Shown here: positions 11,285 to 23,900 of the stretch, piece after piece | How positions within the stretch are numbered: position 1 is the stretch's first letter | Layout of the letters: each line of letters begins with the position of its first letter | From: Heterodontus francisci | Taxonomy: Eukaryota | Length of the DNA: 64,000 nt | Direction: 5' to 3' | Assembly (NCBI RefSeq): GCF_036365525.1 | Contig: NC_090381.1 | Coordinates: 115,940,644 to 116,004,643, forward strand | The notes under the pieces: generated by a model | What the model was told of the DNA's origin: nothing | Seen by the model: the letters and a program-made list of their open reading frames with translations, nothing else | Databases searched by the model: none | Position numbers and translations under genes: made by a program

Positions 11285-11869
11285 AAATTTCTCTCGGAAA
11301 GAAAACCAAGGAACAGAATGGAATTGTTCACCCCTGCGTACAGAACGCACGGAACTGTACAAACATCTTCTGATTTACACTAGCACAGGCCTGGTAATAC
11401 CTTATTGCAAACAGTATTCTTTTCGGCTTTGAAATTAGATCCGGAAATTCTAAGTACCCGAAGTGTTCTAAGGCCAATAGTCATCCCTGAGCCAACATCA
11501 CCAAAACTGATAACTTGAGCATTTAATTCATGCGACCAAAACCCGATGTGTGTTTGCATAAACAGCAGCGATGCCTGCACTTCAAAACGGAATCATTTCA
11601 AAGTGAAGGATTTAGGGAGGACCCCTTGACAAGAAAGGAGCTCTATCAATAGAAGTTCTTAAGTATTTTGAGAAGAATCAAATTCGAAAGGAATGAAGGA
11701 AGAACGACATAAATTAACTGACAAATGTAAACAAGTTTCCAACATATAGCAACAGATAATTCAAATGGGAATAAGAATTACACAAGAATTACAGGAATAG
11801 TGAAAAAACTCCAAGACTTTACAAAAACACGAAGTGCAAGAAAATTCCAGCGATCAGCTGATATTGCTG

Positions 11870-12330
11870 AACATAACATCTCTCCTTTTATTGCAACAAC
11901 TTCCAGACTTGGTTACAGCAATGCTTTCCTTGCTGGTGCACTGATGTCTATTTTTCGTAAATTCCACTTTAACAAATATTGTGCCATCCCATCTCATCCT
12001 GTATCCCCGTGTACTCATCAATCTCCGTTTTCTCCCCAGCCCATTCGCACGCATTGTAAATTTTTTCCCTCATGTCCAAGGTCGTCCATGGTCTTGACCT
12101 CCTAATCACAGTAACCTCTTTTTGTTTTTTGATGTGCGTTCTCCAGCCAACCACCTCGAGCCCACTTTGCACTCTTCCCCTCTGCTTCACCTTCAGCAGA
12201 AAGCATCAGCTATCTGGGCCCCACATTCTGGAACACTGCCCAAAATCTTTTCACCTTCCCAGTTCACTCTCCTTCATAACCTTCCTTTCAACCTATCTTT
12301 TTCATCATGCCTTCAATGAGAACCCAATTC
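11870..12330 (+). mobile_element. Old L2-like 3' remnant (also about 33760..34220, 54010..54450)
   Basis: TTSRLGYSNAFLAG resembles the L2 motif TSRLDYCNSLL; heavily decayed. Confidence 0.55.
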
Positions 12331-12649
12331 TCATACCATCGCTTAATATCTGGTGATGTTCATGTGAAGTGCTTTAGAATATTGATTGCATTACAATTCT
12401 TCTTGTAATGCCTAGACGCTTGGCTGAGTAAGATGGCTTGTAACATAAAGCAGCGAAGCAAATCTGGTAGCAAGCTTTCGGGACAGTGGATGTCAACAGT
12501 GAAAAATCCCCGTGAAGCTCCACAGGACCAAAAATAAACAAATTTAGAGCTAGACATTCGACTTCACTGACTGAATCTTAATCATGCCCTTTATAGAATC
12601 AGCAAAAGTTCCATTCCACACTGAAAGATTGAGAGAGGACTGATTGAAA

Positions 12650-13075
12650 TCATAAGAACGTAGGAACAGGGCTATACCAATCGCTCCTTTGAGCCTGTTC
12701 CGCCATTCTTGGATGATCTACACCTTAACTCCATCGACCCGCCTAGGTTCTAGAAGCTGCAATACCCCTGCCTAACAAAATTCTATCAGTATAAGCTGTG
12801 AAATTTTCAGTTGACCTAACCTCACCATCTTTTTAGGGGATAGGGTTCCAGATCTCCACGACCCTTAGAATTTTGACATCACCCCTCAACTGTCTGCCTC
12901 TAATTTTAAAGTTAATCCCCCCCACCCCACCCCGCCCCCCGCTTCATTTTCAAACCATAGGAAACAGTTCTTCTCTACCTACCCTATCAACCCCATTAAT
13001 GATCATAATGACTTCAGTTATATCAGCCCTAAATCTTCAATATTCAGTACGATACAACGCCAATCTATGAAACCT
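12650..13075 (-). mobile_element. Old CR1 3' remnant (also about 34540..34965)
   Basis: cataagaacgtaggaacagg tail and decayed CR1 C-terminal sequence. Confidence 0.6.
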
Positions 13076-14344
13076 CTCCTCAACTTATCATTTTAATCGA
13101 TGCAAAGGGTAACTATTTAAACCCCTATATTTCTAATATGTATAATGAATTTGATAGCAAAACAACATAAAATGATGTGAATGGTAATGATATCAAAAAA
13201 GGTAAGGCATCATAGGTTATGATAATGGACTAGTACTCCAGAACCTTTGTTCAATAATCTGGGTAATTTGTGTTCAAATCAAGCCATAGTAATTTGATCT
13301 GAAATATTTTTTTAAACTGCAAATAAATGCTAGTATCAGTAAAGACTGACCCTCAACCTGACAGATTGTCATAAAAATTCAACTGGTTCAGTAGTGTCCT
13401 TTCAGAAAGAGATTCTGACATCCTTGCATGGTCTAGCCTAGATGTGACTCCTATACGGCACCAATTTGGTTGACTTTTAACTGCCCTCTCAAGAAGCCTA
13501 GCAAGCCACTGAGATGCATCAGACTGCTACCAGGAGTGCAAAACGAAGGTCCAGCATGACAATCGCAGGGTGCCAAAGAATGGGCAATAAATGCTGGTGT
13601 TGTCAGTGATGACTATATCTATATCCTGAGAAGGAATGGGGGGGTGGGGTAGGGGGTGGGGGGGGGGGGGGTCTCAATACCTGATCAGCATAATATCGGA
13701 CCAATATTGTTTTATTGCAAAAGTTCAGCATTACAATACAATTTGATTGTAATTTCAAAGCATTATTTTAATGTTTTGTGCTATGCTGGTATTTACAATT
13801 TATTCAACCATTCATGGGGTACAATATTACATCATTAGAAGTTAGAATGAATCACTGTTCTGAACTCCACTGCCATTGTTCTACAATATATGATGTACAT
13901 TTATTAATAAAACATGATCCTGTCCCCTTTTTGATTAATTTCAACCTCATCAGCCTATATGCTAATCGCATCCCTCAAACCCTTCTAATTCCACAGAAAT
14001 ATCTGCTTGCCAGCTGGACCTATTTATACTTGCTGCTCCACTGTACTTCTGGTAACTTATTCATGAAGTTCATTATCCATTGATTCAAAAGTTGAGCATG
14101 ACTTTCTTTCTTACACTTAACTTCTTAATATTTAAATTATATTGGTACGGGTATGCTAATGTCGTCATTATGCTACTGAATTAATAATCCACATAATATA
14201 TGTTCAAATATGTTCAGTTCTGAGTATTGAGCTCAATATATATAAATGTCATCTAGGAATAAAACCTGGCACCGGGGGAAGTGATTGCGAAGTTGTTGGA
14301 TTGCCGATACTGGTTCACGAATGTTCATTAGGAAAGGAACTCTG

Positions 14345-14632
14345 CATTTGTACACCTTTGATAGCCACCGGATGTCAAAAACGCTTTACAGCCAATGAAG
14401 TACTTTTGAAGTGTAGTCACTGTTGCAAGATCGGGAAACGCAGCAGCTAATTTGCAGACAGCAAGTGACCATAAACAGCAATGGGATAAAGGTCAACTAA
14501 TCTTTTTTTTAGTGGAGTTGGTTGAGGCTATTAGCAAGGAAAGCAGGAGAACGCTCCTGTTCTTCTTCCAATAGTGTGATCTGGTCCTCATTGCTCACCA
14601 GTGTGGGCAGATAGGATCTAGGTTTCCACCTG
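14345..14632 (-). mobile_element. DeuSINE (SacSINE1/AmnSINE1-like) remnant (also about 36362..36650, 55362..55670)
   Basis: ctttacagccaatgaagtacttttgaagtgtagtcactgttg; in C also ctcggtttgatgtgtcatctgaaagacggcacct (Deu-domain-like). Confidence 0.7.
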
Positions 14633-14688
14633 CGTCCCAAAATTCTTCCAGTCGATATGTCATTGCCATCGAACCATGTTTCAGGATT

Positions 14689-14975
14689 GATTTTTTGATT
14701 TTTGATTTAGAGATACAGCACTGAAACAGGCCCTTCGGCCCACCGAGTCCGTGCCGACCATTAACCACCCATTTATACTAATCCTACACTAATCCCATAT
14801 TCCTACCACATCCTCACCTGTCTCTATATTCCCCTACCACCTACCTATGCTAGTGACAATTTATAATGGCCAATTTACCTATCAACCTGCAAGTCTTTTG
14901 GCTGTAGGAGGAAACCGGAGCACCCGGAGGAAACCCACGCAGACACAGGGAGAACTTGCAAACGCCACACAGGCA
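14689..14975 (-). mobile_element. 5'-truncated HE1-like V-SINE (also 36706..36992; absent in C)
   Basis: V-domain and tail; empty site caggattgtaagcg near 55720. Confidence 0.88.
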
Positions 14976-16694
14976 GTAAGCGTATTATTTTTCAGTGAAT
15001 GCGTTTGAGAAGTAAAAGTTGGTCAGCAAAACAGTTATTGAACAATGGGAGATCTTCAAACAGGAGATGGGCTCGGGTACAAGAAGGCACATTGCCATGA
15101 AAGGGAAAGGAAGACCATCTGAAGCTATAACTCCCTGGATAACTAAAGAAATAGAGGTTACATAAACAGTGTTTGAGCAGCAATTTACAAAGTACAGTTG
15201 AGTTACATTATATCGGTGTTCCTTGGGGTTGAAGCCGTGCCGTTCTGTTCCACGTTCCTTCTTCAGTTCGTCTCGTTCACTCGTCAAGTGGTCTTTGTTG
15301 AATTCTACCCTAAGAGTGGTTTAAAGTCCCCAGTTATACATCACAAACAGGAACTTACAGCAGAACTCGTCCAATCGCCCAAGCTACCCAATCATATTGA
15401 TGATATGTGCAGGCACAGACGATGCTTGGGCCCTCATCCTTTTTTTCAGTTGAATCACAAGCTTCTATTGGCTCTGGGTTAATGGACCACCCTGCAGATC
15501 TTGAAACTAAAGGCTTTCCTGGCTGTAATTAAGATGCAAAGCTTTGTCCCCGTCACCATTTTAATTAGAGGAATTAAAGTAACCGCAGCCCACCAAAGTT
15601 AATAGATTAAATGTAGTCTGCCAAGGACCAGCACTATAAACTGATCCAAGTGGTTGTAGGTTGGGCAAAGAAATAAACAGCATACTCGTTAAACTGGGAG
15701 AGCCTATTATCAACGGTAACAGTTTAAAGTTCCTGGATCCACTGTCCCAGGCCAGGCTGCAATTTTTAATTCTTTCGGATGGGTTTCCACAAATGCAATT
15801 TAAATCCATAGTTCCTTACAACAGACAATGTATATTTTGGGAGTGCTCACATAAACTGGGATAAACTGGGGTCTTAATGTCATCCTAAGTGAGCAGAACC
15901 GACAAACTGACCTTTCTGATGGCGGGGAGGAGCTGAGCAGCATTTTCCGCTGTACCTTTAAGCTTGAAATGCTTGGAAACACTTCACCCTTGGTTTTGTA
16001 CTTGTGTGTTGAGCTCTGTTATTGTTAGCAAAATTCTGAGTTATTCTTGTTGCCCCTCTACCAGAGTACATTGTGTACAGCAAATTAACTCATTATTTCC
16101 TGCAAAGGATATTCCACATGGATTTTTGTTCTTTAATTGAATATTGGTTTTGTTTTAGCATTATTCAGTGTTTGTTTTGTTCTGCTTAAATTCATGTTCT
16201 GCATAATGAATGCTGTCCAACCCAAAAGTGCACTACAGGCTTTGCTTATCTATAATTTGGATCCGTTCCTTTCCCGCACTTAGCTTAAACAAATCATAAT
16301 CTTGTCCTCTGTACTAATAGTTATTCTTCGGTTTCTGTCCTATTTATATACAGCTTATGGTTTATTTATCAATAAAATTTACTCCTAAGGAAACCATTAT
16401 TACATATAAATGAATACCAATTAGTTTACTCCAACTCGGCAGTCAATCTTTTGAACTGAGGGTTCTACTCATGAATGTACTACCCCAGAAATTCCACAAA
16501 TCACGTAGCTTTAAAGGTTTTGATCTTCAATTTCCAGAAGATGTATGTTCGTGCCGGCTCAGGCAAGTTGAACCAAATGGGATGTTTCTTTGCTGTCGAC
16601 CAATGTAATTCTCTATCAAATATGTCTACGTTCATTTTCCCAGACCACCATCCTTTCCCTCTTTATTTATTGTATTCCATTGCACACAACCGCG

Positions 16695-17088
16695 CTGTGG
16701 TGGCGTAGTGGCAATGTCACTGGGCTAATGATCCAAAGCTATGGGCTCGAATCCCGTCATAATGGATGGTGAAATTTGAGTTCAATTAATAAAGCTGGAA
16801 TTAAAAGTAAGTCTAATGACGATTGTGAAACCATGGTTGATTGTTGCAAAAAGCCACTTGGTTCACGAATGTCATTTAGGGAAGGAAATCCGTTGTCCTT
16901 ACCTGTGCATGACTCTCTGTGGTTGACTCTTAAACGGCTGAATAAGCCACTCAGTTCAAGGGCAATTAGGGATGGGCACGAAATGCTGGCATTTCACCAT
17001 CTGACATGATGGAATTCGAGCCCATGCCCCCCGGAGCATCAGCCTGGGCTTTGAATTATTAGTCCAGTAACATTACGCCACCACCGCC
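16695..17088 (+). mobile_element. tRNA-derived SINE sharing the intron-4 LINE tail, followed by an inverted head fragment (also about 38713..39106)
   Basis: A/B-box-like tggcgtagtgg / gctcgaatcc; tail aagggcaattagggatgggca. Related decayed copies near 13200..13630, 14140..14340 and 62160..62280. Confidence 0.7.
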
Positions 17089-17499
17089 CCTCATCCCACA
17101 ACTGAATACAGAAACTGTTGCTGAATCCTGCACTAAAGAAACATATCCCGACGGTTTTTATGTTATCCTTGCATAAAATAAACTCTATCTAAACTTCAAT
17201 GTATCATCCTTTATCAATATAATGCATTCTGTGCGCATCATTCCTGCCCTTGTTTTACTATGTTACTTAGACTCCTTAATTCCTACTTTCTTTTACTATG
17301 GGTTTAATCCAGAGGCCGTTAACATTGTTTATTAAAACTGATATGAAATTAACAATATTAAATTTTTATTTGGTTAACATTCTCACACTGAAGGAACATT
17401 GATGGGGAGTTTTCAGCGAACAAGTTAACTTCATGGTGCCGTTCTAGGTCCTGGCTGTGTGTCCGAATTATTGCCTATTTACCTTTTTAGGATGCATCT

Positions 17500-18988
17500 T
17501 GGGATATTTCCCTCCAATAAATGCGCTATATAAATGAAAGTTGTTGTAAATCTAAAAAGCTGTGTTTTATCGGATTTCTCGGGATGATTTTAGGTTTTTA
17601 AATTTGTACGATTTCGAGCATTGTTCCTTTAAATTTAGTTGGAAGGTGGGAAAAGATTAAACCGATTTTAGGAGGAATTAATACATTCCGACTTTAATGA
17701 TTTCCTCACCCAACATGTGTTAGCGGTGAATATTATTCTATTATTATATTATGGAGAAGATTTTATAAAGATCAGTATCAGAAAGGTGTACTGGCAGAGA
17801 TAGTCAGGTCAATATGCATACAGATAAGACATGCAAAGACCAGTACAATAAAATCAAGCTCGAGGAACAGCACCTCATTTACCGATTAGTTACGCTACAG
17901 CCTGCCGGACTGAACATTGAGTTCAATAATTTCAGAGCATGACGGGCCCCCCTTTTTATGTTTAGTTATTTTTTCTTTTTTTCTTTTTCCTTTTTTATTT
18001 GGTTATTTTATTTTAGTTTTTTTAGTCTGCTCTGTTTGTTTCTACTGTGTCTACCCACTGTTCTTGTTTTTTTTTTGTAATGTTTGTGCTTGGAGTGCTT
18101 TGTGTTTTACAGTCAATTCACCCCCTCTCTGAACTAACGTTTTCTCTTTCAATACACCATTAACATACCGTTTGCCTTTGTTTGGCTGGTCTCAAGCAAG
18201 TGTTACAGACCCACGTAAATATAAGACGCGCTTTACGAGCTGTAGAGGTCATTATGCTCTGTTGTGTGGTAACATTGAAACGCTATTAAAATAAGGTTTG
18301 TAGAACTTAATTCAGTTCGGAAGAAAGTGATAGAATGTGAGGTGAAATTTACCTCCCGAAACCATAATTGATAATTCGCTTTAGGAATAGGAGTGGAAAG
18401 AATTCAGGCGAGCGTCCGGTTGGAGTAGTCACATGACCATTCGAAGTGTCAGCTTCGGCCGACAAAGAGGAATATTTAGGAGCAGAAAATTAACATTGCA
18501 GTTTGTTTCTGGCGTGTATTCCAAGCATTAAATTAATTTTGACAAGCTACAGGGCTATGCACAAAATAGGATGAAATTGTTTCCAAAGGAACAACAGCGC
18601 GTGTTCCACATTGGAAATATGGAATGCAAAGGTCAAAGGGGAATGTCATATGGAGAATATGCAGCATAGAGTCAAAGAGTTTTACAGCACAGAAACAGGC
18701 CCTTCGGACCATCGCGTCTGTGCCGGCCATCAAGCACCTATCTATTCTAATCCCATTTTCCGGCACTTTGGATGAGGAAATCATTAAAGTTCGGAATGTA
18801 TTAAAAAGTAATTCTTCCTCAAATCGGTTTATTTTTTCCCACCTTCCAATTAAGTATAAAGGAACAATGTTCGAAATCATACAACTTTAAAAACCTAAAA
18901 TCATCCCAAGAAATGCGATAAAACACAGCTTTTTACATTTATAACAATTTGCATTTACATAGCGTATTTATTGTAGGAAAATATCCCA
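17500..18988. repeat. Inverted repeat, ~215-nt arms (17500..17713, 18768..18988); also about 39519..40995
   Basis: For example aaaaagctgtgttttatcg / cgataaaacacagcttttt and ctttaatgatttcctca / tgaggaaatcattaaag. Confidence 0.9.
17855..18182 (+). mobile_element. Penelope-like fragment (also about 39863..40190)
   Basis: [28 protein letters not shown] then T-rich UTR; truncated before the ribozyme. Confidence 0.75.
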
Positions 18989-19200
18989 TACGCAGCCTTG
19001 TATGTATGGGGTTTCAAGTGCACATCTAAATACTTCTTAAATGTTGTGAGGGTTCCTGCCTCTACCACCCCTTCAGGCAGTGTGTTCCAGATTCCAACCA
19101 CCCTCTGGGTGAAAAATGTTTCCCTCAAATCCCCTCTAAACCTCCTGCCCCTTAGCTTAAATCTATGCCCCCGATTATTGATCCCTCCGTTAAGGGAAAA
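18666..19200 (-). mobile_element. CR1 3' fragment interrupted by a local inverted duplication (also about 40673..41207)
   Basis: RGHRFKLRGRRFRGDLRETFFTQRVVGIWNALP...; the tail is split at 18768..18988. Confidence 0.85.
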
Positions 19201-19719
19201 AACTAATCGTTGTTGTTGACCTATTTCCCAAATACAATAATAGAAATATCCACATCCTGGTTTGTTTTCTGTTCACTGATACAACGCCACAAATCAAGCG
19301 AAAGAGTAAAACCTTAGTTTTATTTCATCTATTTTAATGAATTATACATCAGTATCGCTATATTTTCATACCATTTCTCTCAGTAATAATGCAAATGCTG
19401 AAATGCACCATCGAGCTACTGGCAACTCATGTTTCTCGGAAGGGAAGCGCAACCTCTCATCGGAAACTTCTATAGCAAAGAAACTCATTTAACTGCAACA
19501 ACCAAAGCAGAATGGAGAAACGGAACTGATGATGAACACTCTAACAGCTATTGAAGTAGTGTAGCAAATCGAAGATGGAGACGCTGTATGGAATAGGAGA
19601 GATTGAACCAATTAACTGTTAGGAATGTAGGTTGCTAGCTTTTCGGTCATTTTTCCAGCACCTTTGACTTACATAGAGTACTGCTTTGCCGATAATTGGA
19701 ACCATTTTTTTCAGCTGCA

Positions 19720-19725
19720 TTTATT
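19720..19725 (-). terminator. Candidate polyadenylation signal for copy B (41727..41732 for copy C)
   Basis: First AATAAA seen on the minus strand, about 290 nt after the stop. Confidence 0.4.
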
Positions 19726-20015
19726 AACAGTAATCAAAAATATCTAAACGTTGCCAACTGAAGAACATTCAAAACCTTACTACAAATGTTTGTTGGTCTG
19801 GTTTTTCATTTATACAAACTGAAGAACATTTGAAACTTTTTTCTACCTTTTAAATGTGCCTTTAATCGTAACAATCTTATCTGAAACACTGCTAGGAAAA
19901 TGAAACGTTAACGTTGTTTCTGTAAAGGGTAAAACTGCGAAAATGCTTCAACATGTCCAGCTCTTTCTCCTCATGTCGTTTGAGGCTTCTTAGTTTCCTA
20001 GACTCGCCTGATGTC

Positions 20016-20923
20016 TTACGTTTGCACATTTTTACCGATCAGGTGTTTTTTGGTGTTCTTTTCTGGTTTGAACAAGATGATATAACATTTTGGAGCAAAG
20101 ATGCAGCTCAGCAGTCCAAAGCTCGATGCTAAAATTGCAAATATTTCCACTACGTCAGTGTATTTTCCGCGAGTACTCACATAGGCTGGAATAAAAGTTA
20201 CCCAAACTACAAAAAAGATGAGCATGCTGAAGGTTATAAATTTTGCTTCATTGAACTTGTCTGGTAACGCTCGGGCCAAGAAAGCTAAAATTAAACAAGT
20301 GCAAGCTAAGAGACCGATGTAACCGAACACACAGCAGAAAGCGACAGTGGAACCTACATCACACTCAAGGATAATCTTCGCGCTTTGATATTTGATATTT
20401 TTAGCTGGGAGTGGGGGAGATGTCACCAACCAGATCACACAAATTATAATTTGAATCAATGTACAGAGAAAGACAATTGATCTTTGTTGTTTGGGTCCAA
20501 ACCATTTCATCACATTACTGGCCGGCAGGGTTGCTTTAAATGCCATCAGGACTACCAGAGTTTTACTAAGAATACAGGAAGTGCTGAGAGCAAAGCTAAC
20601 TCCAAACACAGTGTGACGGACCATACATGACCATGGTGTTGGCTGTCCAATGAATGCAATGGAGCACAGAAAGCACAGTATTAATGAGATTAATAGAAGG
20701 AAACTTAGTTCCGAGTTATTTGCCCTTACAATGGGAGTGTTTATGAAATGTAAGAAAACAGCCGCCACAGCTCCCGTGATACAAGCTCCAAACAGTGAAA
20801 TTGTCATGAGCGTGACTCCCATGCTGTCTTGAAAGGAGAGAAACTCAATTTCTTTAAGAATGCATTGATTTCTTGGATCATTGGGCCAGTAATCTGTAGG
20901 GCATTTAATGCATTCTATCGAAT
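20016..20923 (-). CDS. V2R copy B exon 6 (7TM domain to stop)
   Basis: 908 nt; TAA at 20016..20018. Confidence 0.95.
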
Positions 20924-23900
20924 CTGTACAGAAAGAAAGGTACAAATAATAGTTCAAGTGCCCATTTTTACATTTTTTTTAAATTGACGAAAGCTGCTGA
21001 CATGGTAAGTCCAAAATATCACGTGCTGTTAAATATTCCCTCGTACGTGTTTACTGCTGAATTATTGGCGACAGTGCTCATTCTTGCCTACCTGTTTGGT
21101 TACTGATCTCCCCATCAGCGCATGGGAAACAATCAAAGCAGCAAACAGGCTGGCCCTTACGGACGGCTCTTCTTGTACCTGCAAAACAACTATCACTACA
21201 CGTTGAGACAGGAACCTGTGGAGACAAAGGGCTAGATTTTAACCTCCTCAGAACCCATCCACTTGTCTAGAGTAAAAGCCCGGCCCTCTCAGGAAGTCTT
21301 ATTAAAATTTATCGTGTAGTGAAATCGTAACTCGTTGATTCATTGATAAATGTACCTTTGCTATTTGAGAACATTTCGTCACTTCTTTCTACTTGTGTAA
21401 CTTGATTGCATTTCAATATAAGTCGGTTTGCCAAATGTAACTAAGACGCAAACTATTTGACCTCTGATATTTTGCACATCAACAGCATATTGCTAACTAG
21501 GAACCCAGATTTTAAAACACCTTCATCGCGATCAATGGAAGTTCAGCATAAATGAGTTGCGGAACATACACTTAACAGGAGAACAGGACTTGTGTGTAAC
21601 CCGTCCAATAAAACATACAACGGAGACACACAGTATTTCGGGGGCTAACGTCATTCATTGTCAGTTATTTCATAACAATCAACGGGAATAAGAAAATGAT
21701 ATGCATAGTGTCAAAGTTGTTACTAAATTGTCACCATACATATTGCAGAGCAAGTGATTAATCGAATTCTTTGGCTAAATTCTCAATGTTCATCAAGTTA
21801 ATGTTAATTACCAAAAATAGGAAAGCGGAAGATAAGGAAAGGCCATTGAAGCTCAATCATCTAGCGCATTAACTCTCCTACTGTGGAATCGATGTGTAAT
21901 TTTGAATGTGCAGGCTTGGAGGGCCGAATGGCCTGTTGCTGTGCTGTACTGTTCTTTGTTCTTTGTTCTTGATCCTGATGATTTGGCCTCCCGTATATTG
22001 CCTTGTCAATTAAACCAAATATTCCTTATTTTTGGTTAAATAAGTCTTCCTGTTTCAGATTTGCATTTCAGTAAATTCCATTAATCCCCTCCGACCCTAC
22101 TTTCCTGGTGCACTTTGACCTAAACATTGTAGTTTACCTTACCGTGCTATTCATTTTTGTTATGTCTTCACCAGCCCCTTACTTTCGATAAACATAACAA
22201 ATGATAGATGAATATAAATTGGATAGCTATCTGCAATTATTGTAATTGTTAAACCAGATTCCACTTGGATATTGATCATTCATATATTTCGAGAATTTGT
22301 TCTTAAAATGTGAATGAACTGGTAAGACATCCTTGTTTACGTCAGAACATTAAAAGCCAACCTGACAGCATGGGAATGGAGTTATGTGTCGGTCTCAAGA
22401 GAGTAAGCAAGGAGATTCCCCTCCCTGAAAGTGATGAATGATCCTGTTTGAATTTTTACAACAATCCAGCAACTGTTCTCCTGCTGTCATCCCACCAATT
22501 GAATTCAGTTTCATAACTTGTCATGGAGAAGGATTTGAACACATCACCACTGGGTTAGTGGTCCAAAGCCAAAACGACTGCACTGTCGTGCCCTCTTTTT
22601 GATGTGAAATGAAATGGCAGGTTTACACATAGGGGTAATATTGTTTATTTGAATATCCATCAAATCAATGAAACCCTGATGATAATCAAAACGTGAAATG
22701 GTCAAAACAGTATAGAATAGACATTAAAACAGAGATAAAAACAAGAAATGCTGGAACCACTCAGCAGGTCTGGCAACATCTGTGAAAAGAGAGCAGAGTT
22801 AACGTTTCGGGTCAGTGACCCTTCTTCGGAACTGACAAATATTAGAAAAGTCACAGGTTATAAGAAAGTGAGGTGGGGGTGGGGCAAGAGATAACAAAGG
22901 AGGTCTAGATTGGACCAGGCCACATAGCTGCCCAAAAGGTCACGGAGCAAAGTCAAACAATATGTTAATGGTGTGTTGAAAGACAAAGCATTAGTACAGA
23001 TTAGGTGTTAATACACTGAATATTGAACAGCAGCAAGTGCAAACCTGAAAAAAACAGTGGGTTAGCAAACTGAACAAACGAAGATGAATGAACTAAATGC
23101 AAAAAAAAGTTGTAAAAAATGTAAAATAAGAATGTAAAAAAAAAGGAAGAAAAAAATAAACTAAAAATGAAACTAAAATGGGGGGCTGTCATGCTCTGAA
23201 ATTATTGAACTCAATGTTCAGTCCGGCAGGCTGTAGTGTGCCTAATCGGTAGATGAGATGCTATTCCTCGAGCTTGCGTTGATGTTCACTGGAACATAAA
23301 GGAACAGCATCTCATCTACCGATTAGGCACACTACAGCCTGCCGGACTGAACATTGAGCTCAATAATTTCAGAGCATGACAGCCCCCCATTTTACTTTCA
23401 TTTTTAGTTATTTTTTTCTTCCTTTTTCTTTTACATTCTTATTTTACATTTTTTACAACTTTTTTTTGCAATTAGTTAATTCATCTTCGTTTGTTCAGTT
23501 TGCTTACCCACTGTTTTTTTTTTCAGGTTTGCACTTGCTGCTGTTGAATATTCAGTGTATTAACAGCTAATCTGTACTAATGGTTTGTCTTTCAACACAT
23601 CATTAACATATTGTTTGCCTTTGCTCCGTGATCTTTTGGTCAGCTATGTGGCCTGGTCCAATCTCGACCTCCTTTTTTATCTCTTGCCCCACCCCCACCT
23701 CACTTGCTTATAATCTGTGACTTTTCTAATATTTGTCAGTTCCGAAGAAGGGTCACTGACCCGAAACGTTAACTCTGCTTCTCTTTCCACAGATGCTGCC
23801 AGACCTGCTGAGTGATTCCAGCATGTCTTGTTTTTATTTCAGATTTCCATCATCCGCAGTATTTTGCTTTTATTTTAGATGGACCATGGTCTTTGTGCTT

